NCBI GenBank assembly: GCA_050250935.1
Contig: JBFWNS010000001.1
Span: 256,001-320,000, forward strand
Source of the DNA: Candidatus Margulisiibacteriota bacterium
Lineage (GTDB): Bacteria > Margulisbacteria > Marinamargulisbacteria > JBFWNS01
DNA length: 64,000 nt
Direction of reading: 5' to 3'
Shown here piece by piece: positions 47,616-56,697 of this stretch. The position numbers and the translations under genes were made by a program. Each line of letters opens with the position of its first letter. The stretch's first letter is position 1. The notes under the pieces were generated by a model that worked only from the letters and a program-made list of their open reading frames with translations, did not search any database and was not told the DNA's origin.

Positions 47616-48448
47616 ACACCCCCCGCCCCACCATTGGTCTTGGCGTTTTTGATGGCATGCACCTGGGCCACCAAGCCATTGCCAATTTATGCGACATGAT
47701 TGTGACCTTTTCGCCGCATCCGGATCGGGTTTTGGGCAAAAACCCCACCCTGCAATCCTTGACCACCGTGGCCGAACTCAGGCATCTGTTTCCCAAAGTC
47801 AAAGCCATTCGCTTTACCAAAGCCCTTTCCACCTTATCGGCCACGGACTTTTTGGACACCATTATTTTAAAACGGTTCAACCCCAAAGCCATTGTAATTG
47901 GCTATGATTTTTCGTTCGGGCAAGGGCGACAAGGAACTTTGGACACCCTTAAGGCTTGGGCTGCACCCAAGGGCATTGCCATTACGGTGATTCCAGAGGT
48001 TCAATTGGGCACAACACCGGTTAAAAGCGCTTTGATTCGCGAGGCCCTACTTGGCGGCGATTTTACGTCTGCCCGCGAACGACTGGGACATTCGTATGTG
48101 ATTACCGGCACGGTGGTTCAAGGGGAGCAACGGGGCCGAACCCTGGGGTTTCCCACGGCCAATTTGGTGGTCCCAGCGACTAAACTGGTCCCCAGTAACG
48201 GGGTTTATAGCGGCACCTGCTTGGTCAACCACGCCCACCACAATGCCATGATTTATATTGGCCGAAAACCCACCTTTGGCGGCAAAACCGCAGCCGTAGA
48301 AGTGCATCTCTTGGATGCGTCACCCACCCTCTACGGCAAAACCATCACCGTGTTTATGGACCGCAAAATTCGGGGGGAAATGACCTTTGGGTCTGCAGAA
48401 GAGCTGGTGGCGCAGATTCGCAGGGATATTGTTGAGGCGTTTGGGTAA
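47612..48448 (+). CDS. ribF: Riboflavin kinase/FAD synthetase
   Basis: GVFDGMHLGHQ, GYDFSFG, GRTLGFPTAN, EVHLLD. Confidence 0.95.
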   Translation: MNTPRPTIGLGVFDGMHLGHQAIANLCDMIVTFSPHPDRVLGKNPTLQSLTTVAELRHLFPKVKAIRFTKALSTLSATDFLDTIILKRFNPKAIVIGYDFSFGQGRQGTLDTLKAWAAPKGIAITVIPEVQLGTTPVKSALIREALLGGDFTSARERLGHSYVITGTVVQGEQRGRTLGFPTANLVVPATKLVPSNGVYSGTCLVNHAHHNAMIYIGRKPTFGGKTAAVEVHLLDASPTLYGKTITVFMDRKIRGEMTFGSAEELVAQIRRDIVEAFG

Positions 48449-48451
48449 GGC

Positions 48452-49588
48452 CTAATACTGCCTCAAACTAGAATCGATTTCTTGGGCCCAGGCATTGATG
48501 CCGCCGGCGAGGTTTCGAACATTGTTAAAGCCGCTGTTGAGCAAATGTTGGGTGGCACGGGCACTGCGGCCGCCAGACTTGCATTGCACAATAATCAAGG
48601 CGTTGGGATCGAGTTCTTGGGTGCGGTTGGCCAATTCGCCCAGGGGAATGTGGACAGACCCTTCGATGGTGCAAATGTCGCGCTCGAAATCTTCTCGGAC
48701 ATCCACCAAAACATGGGGGACTTGGTTGTTTCTAAGGTCGCTGTACTCGTGGACGGATAGTTCTGGAATCATGGTTGTGGTCTCCGTTGTAATGCCGCAA
48801 AACACCTGATAGTCGATCAGGCCAGTTTGGGTAGGATGGTCTGAGCAAAGGGGGCAATCCGGGTCTTTGCGCAGTTTTAGCTCGCGAAATTTCAAACTCA
48901 AGGCGTCGATCATCAGCAGGCGGCCGGACGCTGGCTTGCCAATTCCCAACAGCACTTTTAGGACTTCATTGGCTTGGATGGTGCCGACCATACCGGGCAG
49001 AACCCCCAAAACGCCCCCTTCTGCACAAGACGGTACCAACCCTGGCGGCGGCGGCGAGGCATACAAACACCGATAACAAGGACCGCCATCATGATTAAAC
49101 ACCGACACCTGGCCTTCGAACCGAAAAATCGATCCATACACATTGGATTTTCCGGTTAACACACAGGCGTCGTTGACCAAATACCGGGTTTGGAAATTGT
49201 CAGTGCCATCGGCAATCACATCGAAGTCTTTGAACAGATCCAGGGCATTGTCGGCGGTTAAGGGGCCTTCAATGGCTTCGATGGTGATATAGGGGTTTAA
49301 ATCCAAGAGCCTGGCCTTGGCACTGGCCAATTTGGTTTGCCCAAGACTCGAGGTTCCATGCACAATTTGGCGCTGCAAATTCGAATCATCGACCACGTCA
49401 AAATCGATAATCCCAATGCGGCCCACGCCAGCAGCGGCCAAATAAAGGGCCAAGGGAGACCCCAGCCCCCCGGCTCCGACCAAAAGTACGGAACTGGCTT
49501 TGAGTTTTTCTTGGCCAGCCAACCCCACTTCGGGCAAAATCAGGTGGCGGGAATAGCGGGCCAATTCGGCTGGAGACAGCTTGCTCAC
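48452..49588 (-). CDS. moeB: MoeB/MoeZ-type E1-like adenylyltransferase with C-terminal rhodanese
   Basis: RYSRHLILPEVG, GAGGLG, SNLQRQ, PCYRC, SCAEGGVLG, CPLC, rhodanese CKSGGRS. Confidence 0.93.
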   Translation of the reverse strand: MSKLSPAELARYSRHLILPEVGLAGQEKLKASSVLLVGAGGLGSPLALYLAAAGVGRIGIIDFDVVDDSNLQRQIVHGTSSLGQTKLASAKARLLDLNPYITIEAIEGPLTADNALDLFKDFDVIADGTDNFQTRYLVNDACVLTGKSNVYGSIFRFEGQVSVFNHDGGPCYRCLYASPPPPGLVPSCAEGGVLGVLPGMVGTIQANEVLKVLLGIGKPASGRLLMIDALSLKFRELKLRKDPDCPLCSDHPTQTGLIDYQVFCGITTETTTMIPELSVHEYSDLRNNQVPHVLVDVREDFERDICTIEGSVHIPLGELANRTQELDPNALIIVQCKSGGRSARATQHLLNSGFNNVRNLAGGINAWAQEIDSSLRQY

Positions 49589-49866
49589 TGACGACCTCCT
49601 GCAATCGAAGGCACAATGGACAACACATCCCCGTTTTTCAGGGATGAAGCTGGGCCTTGCAAATAGCGCACATCCTCGTCGTTTAAATACACATTGATGA
49701 ACTTTCGCAGCTGACCGGCATCATCAAACAGGTGTTTTTGAAGGGCGGGGTGGGCTGTGGCCAAAGCGGCCAATTGATCGCCAACCGTGGCTTTGGTGTC
49801 TTGGACCAGTTCGTCCTGACCGCCAACAAAGCCGCGCAGTGGGGTTGGAATGTGGATGGTTACCAT
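49585..49866 (-). CDS. MoaD/ThiS/CysO-family sulfur-carrier protein
   Basis: IPTPLR, FINVYLNDEDVRYL, IVPSIAGG followed by RQ. Confidence 0.92.
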   Translation of the reverse strand: MVTIHIPTPLRGFVGGQDELVQDTKATVGDQLAALATAHPALQKHLFDDAGQLRKFINVYLNDEDVRYLQGPASSLKNGDVLSIVPSIAGGRQ

Positions 49867-49923
49867 GGCAGTATCCTTTTTTTGGTTTTTTAATGTGAGC
49901 TAAGAGTATATACTATTCACCCT

Positions 49924-50616
49924 ATGAAGACCATTTTAATTGCCCTGGTTCTGGCCTTTTCTATTGGAAACCTGTACCCAGTTGTTGCTCTGGAAAAACC
50001 CATTGCCTTGTCCCCGCTTAGCGAGTGGCAACCGGTGACCTTTCGGCGCATTCCAAAACCCACCCAGTTTTTGGTACAACCCGATGGCAGTTTGCTGATT
50101 CGGGCCGAAAAATCGGGGGCCTCGGGGCTGACCCACAAAACTGCCTTCGAGGTTCATCAAACCCCCCTTTTTAGCTGGGATTGGCGGGTTGAGCAGGTGT
50201 TTGAACATGGGGAATTGGGCAAAGAGAAAAGCAACGACGCCCCCCTGCGTGTTGTGGTGATTTTTGATTATGATCCGAAAGCCGCTACTTTGCTTGAGCG
50301 GTGGATGTATGGGGTGTATCACAAGGTGTATCACCGCTATCCCCCTTTTCGCAGTTTGAATTATGTCTGGGGCAATGGCCCCGAAACCTTGGGCTTGATG
50401 ACGGACAATCAGCCCCTCAAAACCCGGGTGTTTATCTTAAAAACCGGACCGTCTAAAACCTGGGACAGCCGCACCATCGACATCGAGGCCGACTATCAAA
50501 AAGCATTTGGCCGAAAAGCGCCCCGTTTTGCCCGCATTGGGTTAATGAGCAACGGCGACAATACGGGCGAAACCGCCATTTCCTTTGTCAGACATCTTCG
50601 TGTCCACTCTCGGTAA
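49924..50616 (+). CDS. DUF3047-like secreted protein
   Basis: Signal peptide, SASGL-like segment, TPLFSWDWRV, DAPLRVVVIF, LNYVW, DYQKAFG, DNTG. Confidence 0.75.
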   Translation: MKTILIALVLAFSIGNLYPVVALEKPIALSPLSEWQPVTFRRIPKPTQFLVQPDGSLLIRAEKSGASGLTHKTAFEVHQTPLFSWDWRVEQVFEHGELGKEKSNDAPLRVVVIFDYDPKAATLLERWMYGVYHKVYHRYPPFRSLNYVWGNGPETLGLMTDNQPLKTRVFILKTGPSKTWDSRTIDIEADYQKAFGRKAPRFARIGLMSNGDNTGETAISFVRHLRVHSR

Positions 50617-52042
50617 GGTCTTTTTGGTTGGGGCCGGCCCCGGAGACCCCGATCTTATTACCGCCCGAGGGATTGCGCTTTTGAAAAAAGCCGATGTCGT
50701 GCTTTACGATTTTTTGGTGCATCCGAATTTGTTGCTGCATTGTAAACCCGATGCGATTCGGGTCTGCGTGGGCAAACGCAAGGGGTTTCACCAAGCCACC
50801 CAAGCCGAGATTCACGACCTGCTGGCACGCTATTCCCGCGACTTTACCCGAATCGTTCGACTTAAAGGGGGGGACCCTTTGCTGTTTGGACGGGGTGGGG
50901 AAGAAATGGCCTTTTTGCACGATGCAGGCATTGACTATGAAGTTGTGCCCGGGGTTTCGTCGGCCTTTGCTGTGCCAGCCTATGCGGGGATTCCCCTAAC
51001 CGATCGGGACCGGTCTCGGTCGGTGGCCTTTGTCACGGGCAGCCCCAAAGCAGGGGATTCCCTGGCCACCTTGCCCATGCCCAAAGCCGATACCCTGGTC
51101 TATTTGATGGGCGTGTCGCATTTGGAAGCCCATTGTACCCGTTTGCAAGACGAGGGATGGCCAGACACCACCCCAGCCGTTTTGATTTCGAAAGGCACCT
51201 GGGCCGCCCAACAAACCGTGGTTGGCACCCTTAAAACACTGGTAAGCGAGTACCAGAAAAACCCCATCCCCACCCCCGTTTTGATGGTTGTGGGTCGGGT
51301 TACAGAACGGCAGGCGGATTTGGCTTGGCGCCACACCCTGCCCTTGTCGGGACAGCGGGTGATTCTGACCCGTGCCCTCGACCAGGTTCAGCCTTGGTAC
51401 GAGGCTTTTCGGGATTTGGGAGCCGAGGTGGTGCTCATGCCCACCATTGCCATTCGTCCTGTGGACTTTTCTATACCTGACACTCCCCCCGATTGGTTGG
51501 TTTTTACCAGTGCCAATGGGGTTCGTTGCTTTGTCCAAGGCCTGCTAAGCCAAGGCCGAGACCTTCGTGTGTTTGGCACCTGTCGAATCGCCAGCGTGGG
51601 GCCTCAAACCACAGCGGCCTTGGCTGCATTTGGCCTGAAAGCCGATATCGACTCGGCCGGTGGGGATAGTGCAGCCTTGGCATCGGCATTGCCCCCCTCG
51701 CTTTCTAACTCGACGGTTTTGTTGCCTGGTGCTGTGCACCGCAATCTCGAGCTGGTCAGCGCCCTTCAAGCCCGAGGGGCCACCGTGACGCTATTGGCCG
51801 TCTACGAAACCCAGGCCATCGCGCCACCCAGCATCGACCTGGTTGCCTCGGATATCGTTGTCTTTTCCAGTGGATCGACGGTACACTCGTTCTATCGACA
51901 CCCCCGACCCGCATTGCGGACCCTGTGTTTGGGTAAAACCGCGGTGGATGCACTGGCCCAGCAGGGCCTTTTGCCTTGGCGGGTGGCCTCGGCTCCGACT
52001 TTGGAGACCCTTATTTCCGACCTCTTAAAGGACCTATCATGA
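50600..52042 (+). CDS. cobA: Fused uroporphyrinogen-III C-methyltransferase / uroporphyrinogen-III synthase (CobA-HemD)
   Basis: VGAGPGDPDLIT, RLKGGDP, GRGGEE; then ILTR, VFTSANGV, VGPQT, VYET. Confidence 0.92.
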   Translation: MSTLGKVFLVGAGPGDPDLITARGIALLKKADVVLYDFLVHPNLLLHCKPDAIRVCVGKRKGFHQATQAEIHDLLARYSRDFTRIVRLKGGDPLLFGRGGEEMAFLHDAGIDYEVVPGVSSAFAVPAYAGIPLTDRDRSRSVAFVTGSPKAGDSLATLPMPKADTLVYLMGVSHLEAHCTRLQDEGWPDTTPAVLISKGTWAAQQTVVGTLKTLVSEYQKNPIPTPVLMVVGRVTERQADLAWRHTLPLSGQRVILTRALDQVQPWYEAFRDLGAEVVLMPTIAIRPVDFSIPDTPPDWLVFTSANGVRCFVQGLLSQGRDLRVFGTCRIASVGPQTTAALAAFGLKADIDSAGGDSAALASALPPSLSNSTVLLPGAVHRNLELVSALQARGATVTLLAVYETQAIAPPSIDLVASDIVVFSSGSTVHSFYRHPRPALRTLCLGKTAVDALAQQGLLPWRVASAPTLETLISDLLKDLS

Positions 52043-53052
52043 CCCCACTTAAACTGAATATTCTGGCAGAATCCTTCATTGGAAAAGCCAATGGCGTGTA
52101 CACCGCTTTTGTCGAAGCGGTTGAAAATCTCAAAAAAGAGCCCTCCATCGACCTTACCATCAATGGCAAAGGCCACGATTTCGATGTGATTCACTCTCAT
52201 ACCATCGGGCTGTCCTATATTCGCTATGCCCTGGGTCGCCGCAAAAAAATGATTGTTTCCGCCCACGTGGTTCCCGATTCGTTTATTGGCAGTTTGATTT
52301 TTTCGACGTTGTGGCAACCGCTTGCTGCTTTGTATTTGAAATGGGTGTACAACCTGTCGGGCATGGTGATTGCTGTGTCGCCCGTTGTTAAAACCGAGCT
52401 CGAAAAACTGGGGGTTCGGGGGCGAATCGAGGTCTTGTGCAACAGCGTTAACCGCGACAAATTCAAAGTAAACGTTTTGCTTCGAAAACAATTTCGCGAA
52501 AAATGGGGCCTTCAAGACAAAGACTTTGTTGCCGTCTGTGTGGGACAAATTCAACCCCGAAAAGGCGTGGAGGATTTTATTAAGACCGCCAAACAATGCC
52601 CCGACATTCGCTTTGTGTGGGTGGGTGGCCGTCCCTATGGCCGCCTGACCGCCGATTACGCCACCATGACAGACCTGGTCGACAATGCCCCTGCCAATGT
52701 TATTTTTACCGATGCGGTGGAATTTGAAGACATGCCAGGGTTTTATGCCATGTCCGATGTCTATTTTTTCCCGTCCTATCAGGAAAATTTCGCCTTTGCC
52801 ACCATCGAAGCCAGTGCCGTGAAATTGCCCTTGGTTTTGCGGGATAATCCCGAATATCCCAGCTCGCTGTTTACCCACTATCTTAAAGCCCAGGGGCCAG
52901 ATGGGTTTGCCAACTGTCTTCAAAAACTGCATCTCGATCCTGCATTTTTTCAAAAATGGCGTCGGGAATCGGATCTCTTGGCCCAACAGTACGAAATTAA
53001 AACCTACATGAAGCGCCTCATCCAATTTTACCGCGATGTCGCTGGCCACTGA
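52039..53052 (+). CDS. GT4 glycosyltransferase, CpoA/glycolipid synthase-like
   Basis: GKANGVYTAF, IHSHTIG, SAHVVPDSFIGS, GQIQPRKGVEDF, FPSYQENF...EA. Confidence 0.82.
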   Translation: MTPLKLNILAESFIGKANGVYTAFVEAVENLKKEPSIDLTINGKGHDFDVIHSHTIGLSYIRYALGRRKKMIVSAHVVPDSFIGSLIFSTLWQPLAALYLKWVYNLSGMVIAVSPVVKTELEKLGVRGRIEVLCNSVNRDKFKVNVLLRKQFREKWGLQDKDFVAVCVGQIQPRKGVEDFIKTAKQCPDIRFVWVGGRPYGRLTADYATMTDLVDNAPANVIFTDAVEFEDMPGFYAMSDVYFFPSYQENFAFATIEASAVKLPLVLRDNPEYPSSLFTHYLKAQGPDGFANCLQKLHLDPAFFQKWRRESDLLAQQYEIKTYMKRLIQFYRDVAGH

Positions 53053-54349
53053 TCCTCAAAAAATTCTGATTGCCCGGGGCGATATGCTGGGCGATGTGGT
53101 GTTGGCCACCCCAGTTATTGAAGCCCTTCACAATCGCTATCCCAAGGCCCAGTTGTACCTGTTGGTTCAAGATGGATTTCGGAAGCTTTTTTCCCAAGAC
53201 CCTCGGATTGCCGGGTGTTTAATCGATCCTTTACCCTACCAACTGCGTCGCCAAGACTGGCCTGCTTTTTTTAAGCTGGTGTCCCAAATTAAAGCCGAGG
53301 GATTTGATTGTTTTATCGGGCTTTGGGAACGGCCCCGCTATGCCTTGCTCTCGGCGCTGGCCAGGATTCCGCTGCGGGTTGGCCATGGGTTTCATTGGCT
53401 GAACCGGCTTTGCTACCACCGCAGCACCACTTTTGGGCAGTTTATGCGCCACCAAGCCAAATGGAATTTGTCTGTTGCAGCCCTGGTGGCCCCGGTGACC
53501 TTTCAAGAACCCGCCCAATTGTTTCCTGCCACGACTCCCCTCATTTTTCCAACATCCTCCTATCTGATTTTATCCCCAGATTCCAAATCCACCCAAAAAC
53601 GCCTCACCGAAGCCCACTATGTCCACGCCGCCCAATGGGCTTTGAATCACACGGATTTAACCCTGGTTTTGGTTGGCGAAACGGCCAATATGGACCCTTG
53701 TCCCACCTTGCTTGATTTGTTCAAAGCCAACCCAAACCGATGCCTCGACTGGACCAACCAATTGAACTTGGACACTCTGGTTGCCCTTACCTCGAAAGCC
53801 GAGTTGGTGTTTGCTGCCGATGCCGGGCTGGTCCACATTGCTGCTGCGCTCCAGCGCCGGGTGTTAACCTACTATTTGAACCGAACCCAAAATGTCCTAC
53901 GATGGGGTCCCTGGCAAACCCCGCATCGGGTCTTAATCTCCCAACACGATTGCACCGATAAATGCGATTCTTTGAGCTGCAAAAAATGGGATTGCCGCCT
54001 GCCCATTCCCAGAACCGAGATCGAAACTGCCCTTCAGGATCTGTTGCAAGATGCCCCCTTACCGGCCCCAAGTGATTCGGCGTATCGCTTGGAAAAAGGT
54101 CTTATAATCGGTCTTTTTAGACGAGATTTTAAACATTTTGAGGCTGAGCTTCAGAATCGTCACCTCCGGTATTTTGTGTTGGAAGAGCCCTATACCTTGT
54201 CCCGACTTTGTCGCCACATTAACAACCACAACTGCATGGTCTGGGTTTACCGATCCCCCTGGTCTTGGGCGAAACTGGCCATTGCCCGGGAAATCACCTC
54301 GAATCACAACGCGTTTAAACTGGTGATTCGGACCCAGCTTCCCATTTAA
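53036..54349 (+). CDS. Glycosyltransferase family 9 with C-terminal extension
   Basis: RGDMLGDVVLATP, DAGLVHIAAA, RWGPW, Cys cluster. Confidence 0.85.
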   Translation: MSLATDPQKILIARGDMLGDVVLATPVIEALHNRYPKAQLYLLVQDGFRKLFSQDPRIAGCLIDPLPYQLRRQDWPAFFKLVSQIKAEGFDCFIGLWERPRYALLSALARIPLRVGHGFHWLNRLCYHRSTTFGQFMRHQAKWNLSVAALVAPVTFQEPAQLFPATTPLIFPTSSYLILSPDSKSTQKRLTEAHYVHAAQWALNHTDLTLVLVGETANMDPCPTLLDLFKANPNRCLDWTNQLNLDTLVALTSKAELVFAADAGLVHIAAALQRRVLTYYLNRTQNVLRWGPWQTPHRVLISQHDCTDKCDSLSCKKWDCRLPIPRTEIETALQDLLQDAPLPAPSDSAYRLEKGLIIGLFRRDFKHFEAELQNRHLRYFVLEEPYTLSRLCRHINNHNCMVWVYRSPWSWAKLAIAREITSNHNAFKLVIRTQLPI

Positions 54350-54406
54350 CCCCTTCTTTGATAGGATGGGCTTCCTTTATTTTGAGGTCCGATTGGAGAA
54401 GCCGAC

Positions 54407-55021
54407 ATGAAACTTGCCAAAGAGAGCTATCCCTTCCTCCTGCCCTTGTTGGGCTTTTTTCTGATTTCTTTCGTCTTAAAATGGACCTTTTTAGCCGGTC
54501 TTTTTTTGGTTTTATTGGCCTTTGTCGCCTATTTTTTTAGAGATCCCAACCGAAAAACCCCCGACGAACCCGCTGTGATTTTTTCCCCAGCCGATGGCAC
54601 TGTCACCAAGGTTCAAACCGTCGAAATTGACGGTGTCCACCACCACCATGTGGTGATTTTTTTATCCCCACTGAATGTTCACATCAACCGCATTCCTTTT
54701 GCGGGAAAAGTGGTTAGCGTTCAACACACCCCTGGGGCTTTTCATGCCGCCTACCGGGACGATATTGCCAACCTGAACGAACGCACCGAAACCCGTCTTG
54801 AAACCGAAAAAGGCCCCATGCGCATCATTCAAATTGCCGGCTTTGTGGCCCGCCGCATTGTGAACTACCTTCAACCCGACCAAGTGGTGAAGGCCGGGGA
54901 TAAATTTGGCATGATTAAATTCAGCTCCAGAACCGACCTGATTTTTCCCATCGAGGCCCGGGTCTTGGTTCATGTTGGCGACAAACTCGAAGGTGGGGTT
55001 ACCCGACTGGCCGCTTTCTAG
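54407..55021 (+). CDS. psd: Phosphatidylserine decarboxylase proenzyme (short type)
   Basis: FFRDPNR, SPADG, IFLSPLNVHINRIP, NER, QIAGFVARRI, GMIKFSSR. Confidence 0.9.
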   Translation: MKLAKESYPFLLPLLGFFLISFVLKWTFLAGLFLVLLAFVAYFFRDPNRKTPDEPAVIFSPADGTVTKVQTVEIDGVHHHHVVIFLSPLNVHINRIPFAGKVVSVQHTPGAFHAAYRDDIANLNERTETRLETEKGPMRIIQIAGFVARRIVNYLQPDQVVKAGDKFGMIKFSSRTDLIFPIEARVLVHVGDKLEGGVTRLAAF

Positions 55022-55032
55022 TTTTAAGAACG

Positions 55033-56697
55033 CTAGATCAGGGATTTAACTTTTAGTTTGATTTCGGCCGGCACCAAATGCCGATGGGCTTTGACCATGG
55101 CCTTAAGCCCCCGAATGTAGGGCGACCGCATGCCTTTTGGCAAAACAGAAAAAGCGGAAATTAATCCCGACAAGGTCTGCCAATACATGGCATCGTGGCG
55201 GGCATGGGTCAGGGCTGTTTTGAAGGCGGTTTCGGCTTTGTCGTAGTGCTTTAGATGCACCAAACTAATGGCCAAAGAGGTTTGGGCAATGGGGCTGTGG
55301 GGGTTCACCAACAGGGCTTTTTTAAGCACCTCCACGGCTTTTCGGTGGTCTGGCTGTTGCTGAAACACCCATCCCAGCAGCAAATAGGCATCAAAGGCCA
55401 GGGGGCCATACACGGCAATCATTTGTTTACAAATTTCCAAAGACGCGGCCAGCAACCCATCTTGATACAGCAACGAGGCCAATCCCCTCAGTAAATAGTA
55501 GTCGAGTTGTTCTTCGTCGGTCAGGGTCACTAAAATTTCGCCGATTCCCGACACTGTTTCGGGGGTCCAGGATTTGCTGTCGATGTCGTCTAGGACAATC
55601 CCGATGCGTTTGGCCAGGTTTTCAGAAAACTGAGCCTTAAAAACAGCGACCAATTCGGGAACTGGGGTTTTGGATTTGTGGTACAGGGCATCTTGGGTTT
55701 GATCGCCTTCAAAGGCTGTGATCTGGCTGGAAAAGCCGAGTTTTTCGGCATGGTACTGCACATAAGGAAAAGCCACGGCATAAAACTGGGTAGCCCCATA
55801 TCCCGAAACCAGATAGGGCAAGGGTTGATCCAACATCGTGGTTGCAAAGCCAAAATCCGAACAAAAATAGGCGCCATTGGGCTTAAGCAGTTCATGAACC
55901 TTCGCCAAATGCTGGGGAATGTGATGGGACACATTAAAGCTCAGGGAAGAAGGCAGGTCGTTTTTGTCCAAATACCACATCCAAAACGCCCGAAGATCTT
56001 GCTGATCGGCCTGGGTCCAAGCATCGATGGATTGGGGCTCAAACGCTTCGTCCAAACAGCCCATAATGCGGTGGCTAAGCCCCTTGCGATTGTCAAACGG
56101 CTGGCGCAGCTGATGATACACATCTGTCTCATCCAAAAACACGGGTTTTCCCGCCACAAAACTGGGGAAAATGGCATCTGTTTTTAAGCAGGTTTTAACC
56201 CGTCCTTCAAAAAACGCTTTGTTTTCCCACACCACATGCCGGGCGGGAAAGGTGTCCAACAAATAGGTGCTAAACACAAAGTGAAAACTGCCGGCAACCT
56301 CCGGGGCGGTGGCATCGGTGGTTAAAAACACCAATTTCTCGTCTTTAAACCCCGATTGACTGTAAAAAGCCGTTAATTCGGGGCGAATGTCCGAGACAAA
56401 AAGCGTGGTTTTTTCATAAAGCGCTGGGGCCTGTTCTTTAAGGCTTTTCAGTACAAAATGGGACAACAATCCCAAGCCTGCCCCCAATTCCAAAAACCGA
56501 AAGTCTGTTTCTTTGGGAAACAACTTGGCCACTTCGATTATCAAAGCCACGATGCGTTTGGCTTGGGCCGGCCCGTTTCGGGTTGAAAACGGCACTTTCT
56601 CGTTAAAAAAAACCGAGGATCCCAAGGCCCAAATGTCTTCGGCCAATTGCATGCGAACCGATTTTGGGCGAGACACAAAGCCTTGTAGTTTAATCAT
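55033..56697 (-). CDS. SAM-dependent methyltransferase (MidA/NDUFAF7-like) fused to TPR repeats
   Basis: LELGAGLG, YLLDTFP, DFG; C-terminal TPRs (AYLLLGWVF, ALLVNPHS). Confidence 0.65.
   Translation of the reverse strand: MIKLQGFVSRPKSVRMQLAEDIWALGSSVFFNEKVPFSTRNGPAQAKRIVALIIEVAKLFPKETDFRFLELGAGLGLLSHFVLKSLKEQAPALYEKTTLFVSDIRPELTAFYSQSGFKDEKLVFLTTDATAPEVAGSFHFVFSTYLLDTFPARHVVWENKAFFEGRVKTCLKTDAIFPSFVAGKPVFLDETDVYHQLRQPFDNRKGLSHRIMGCLDEAFEPQSIDAWTQADQQDLRAFWMWYLDKNDLPSSLSFNVSHHIPQHLAKVHELLKPNGAYFCSDFGFATTMLDQPLPYLVSGYGATQFYAVAFPYVQYHAEKLGFSSQITAFEGDQTQDALYHKSKTPVPELVAVFKAQFSENLAKRIGIVLDDIDSKSWTPETVSGIGEILVTLTDEEQLDYYLLRGLASLLYQDGLLAASLEICKQMIAVYGPLAFDAYLLLGWVFQQQPDHRKAVEVLKKALLVNPHSPIAQTSLAISLVHLKHYDKAETAFKTALTHARHDAMYWQTLSGLISAFSVLPKGMRSPYIRGLKAMVKAHRHLVPAEIKLKVKSLI

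Noticed and set aside
51892..53049. 385-aa minus-strand ORF
   Set aside because: Antisense shadow of the GT4 gene with no recognisable motifs; the same applies to 24571-25380, 46626-47486, 44978-45661 and the other short overlapping track ORFs.
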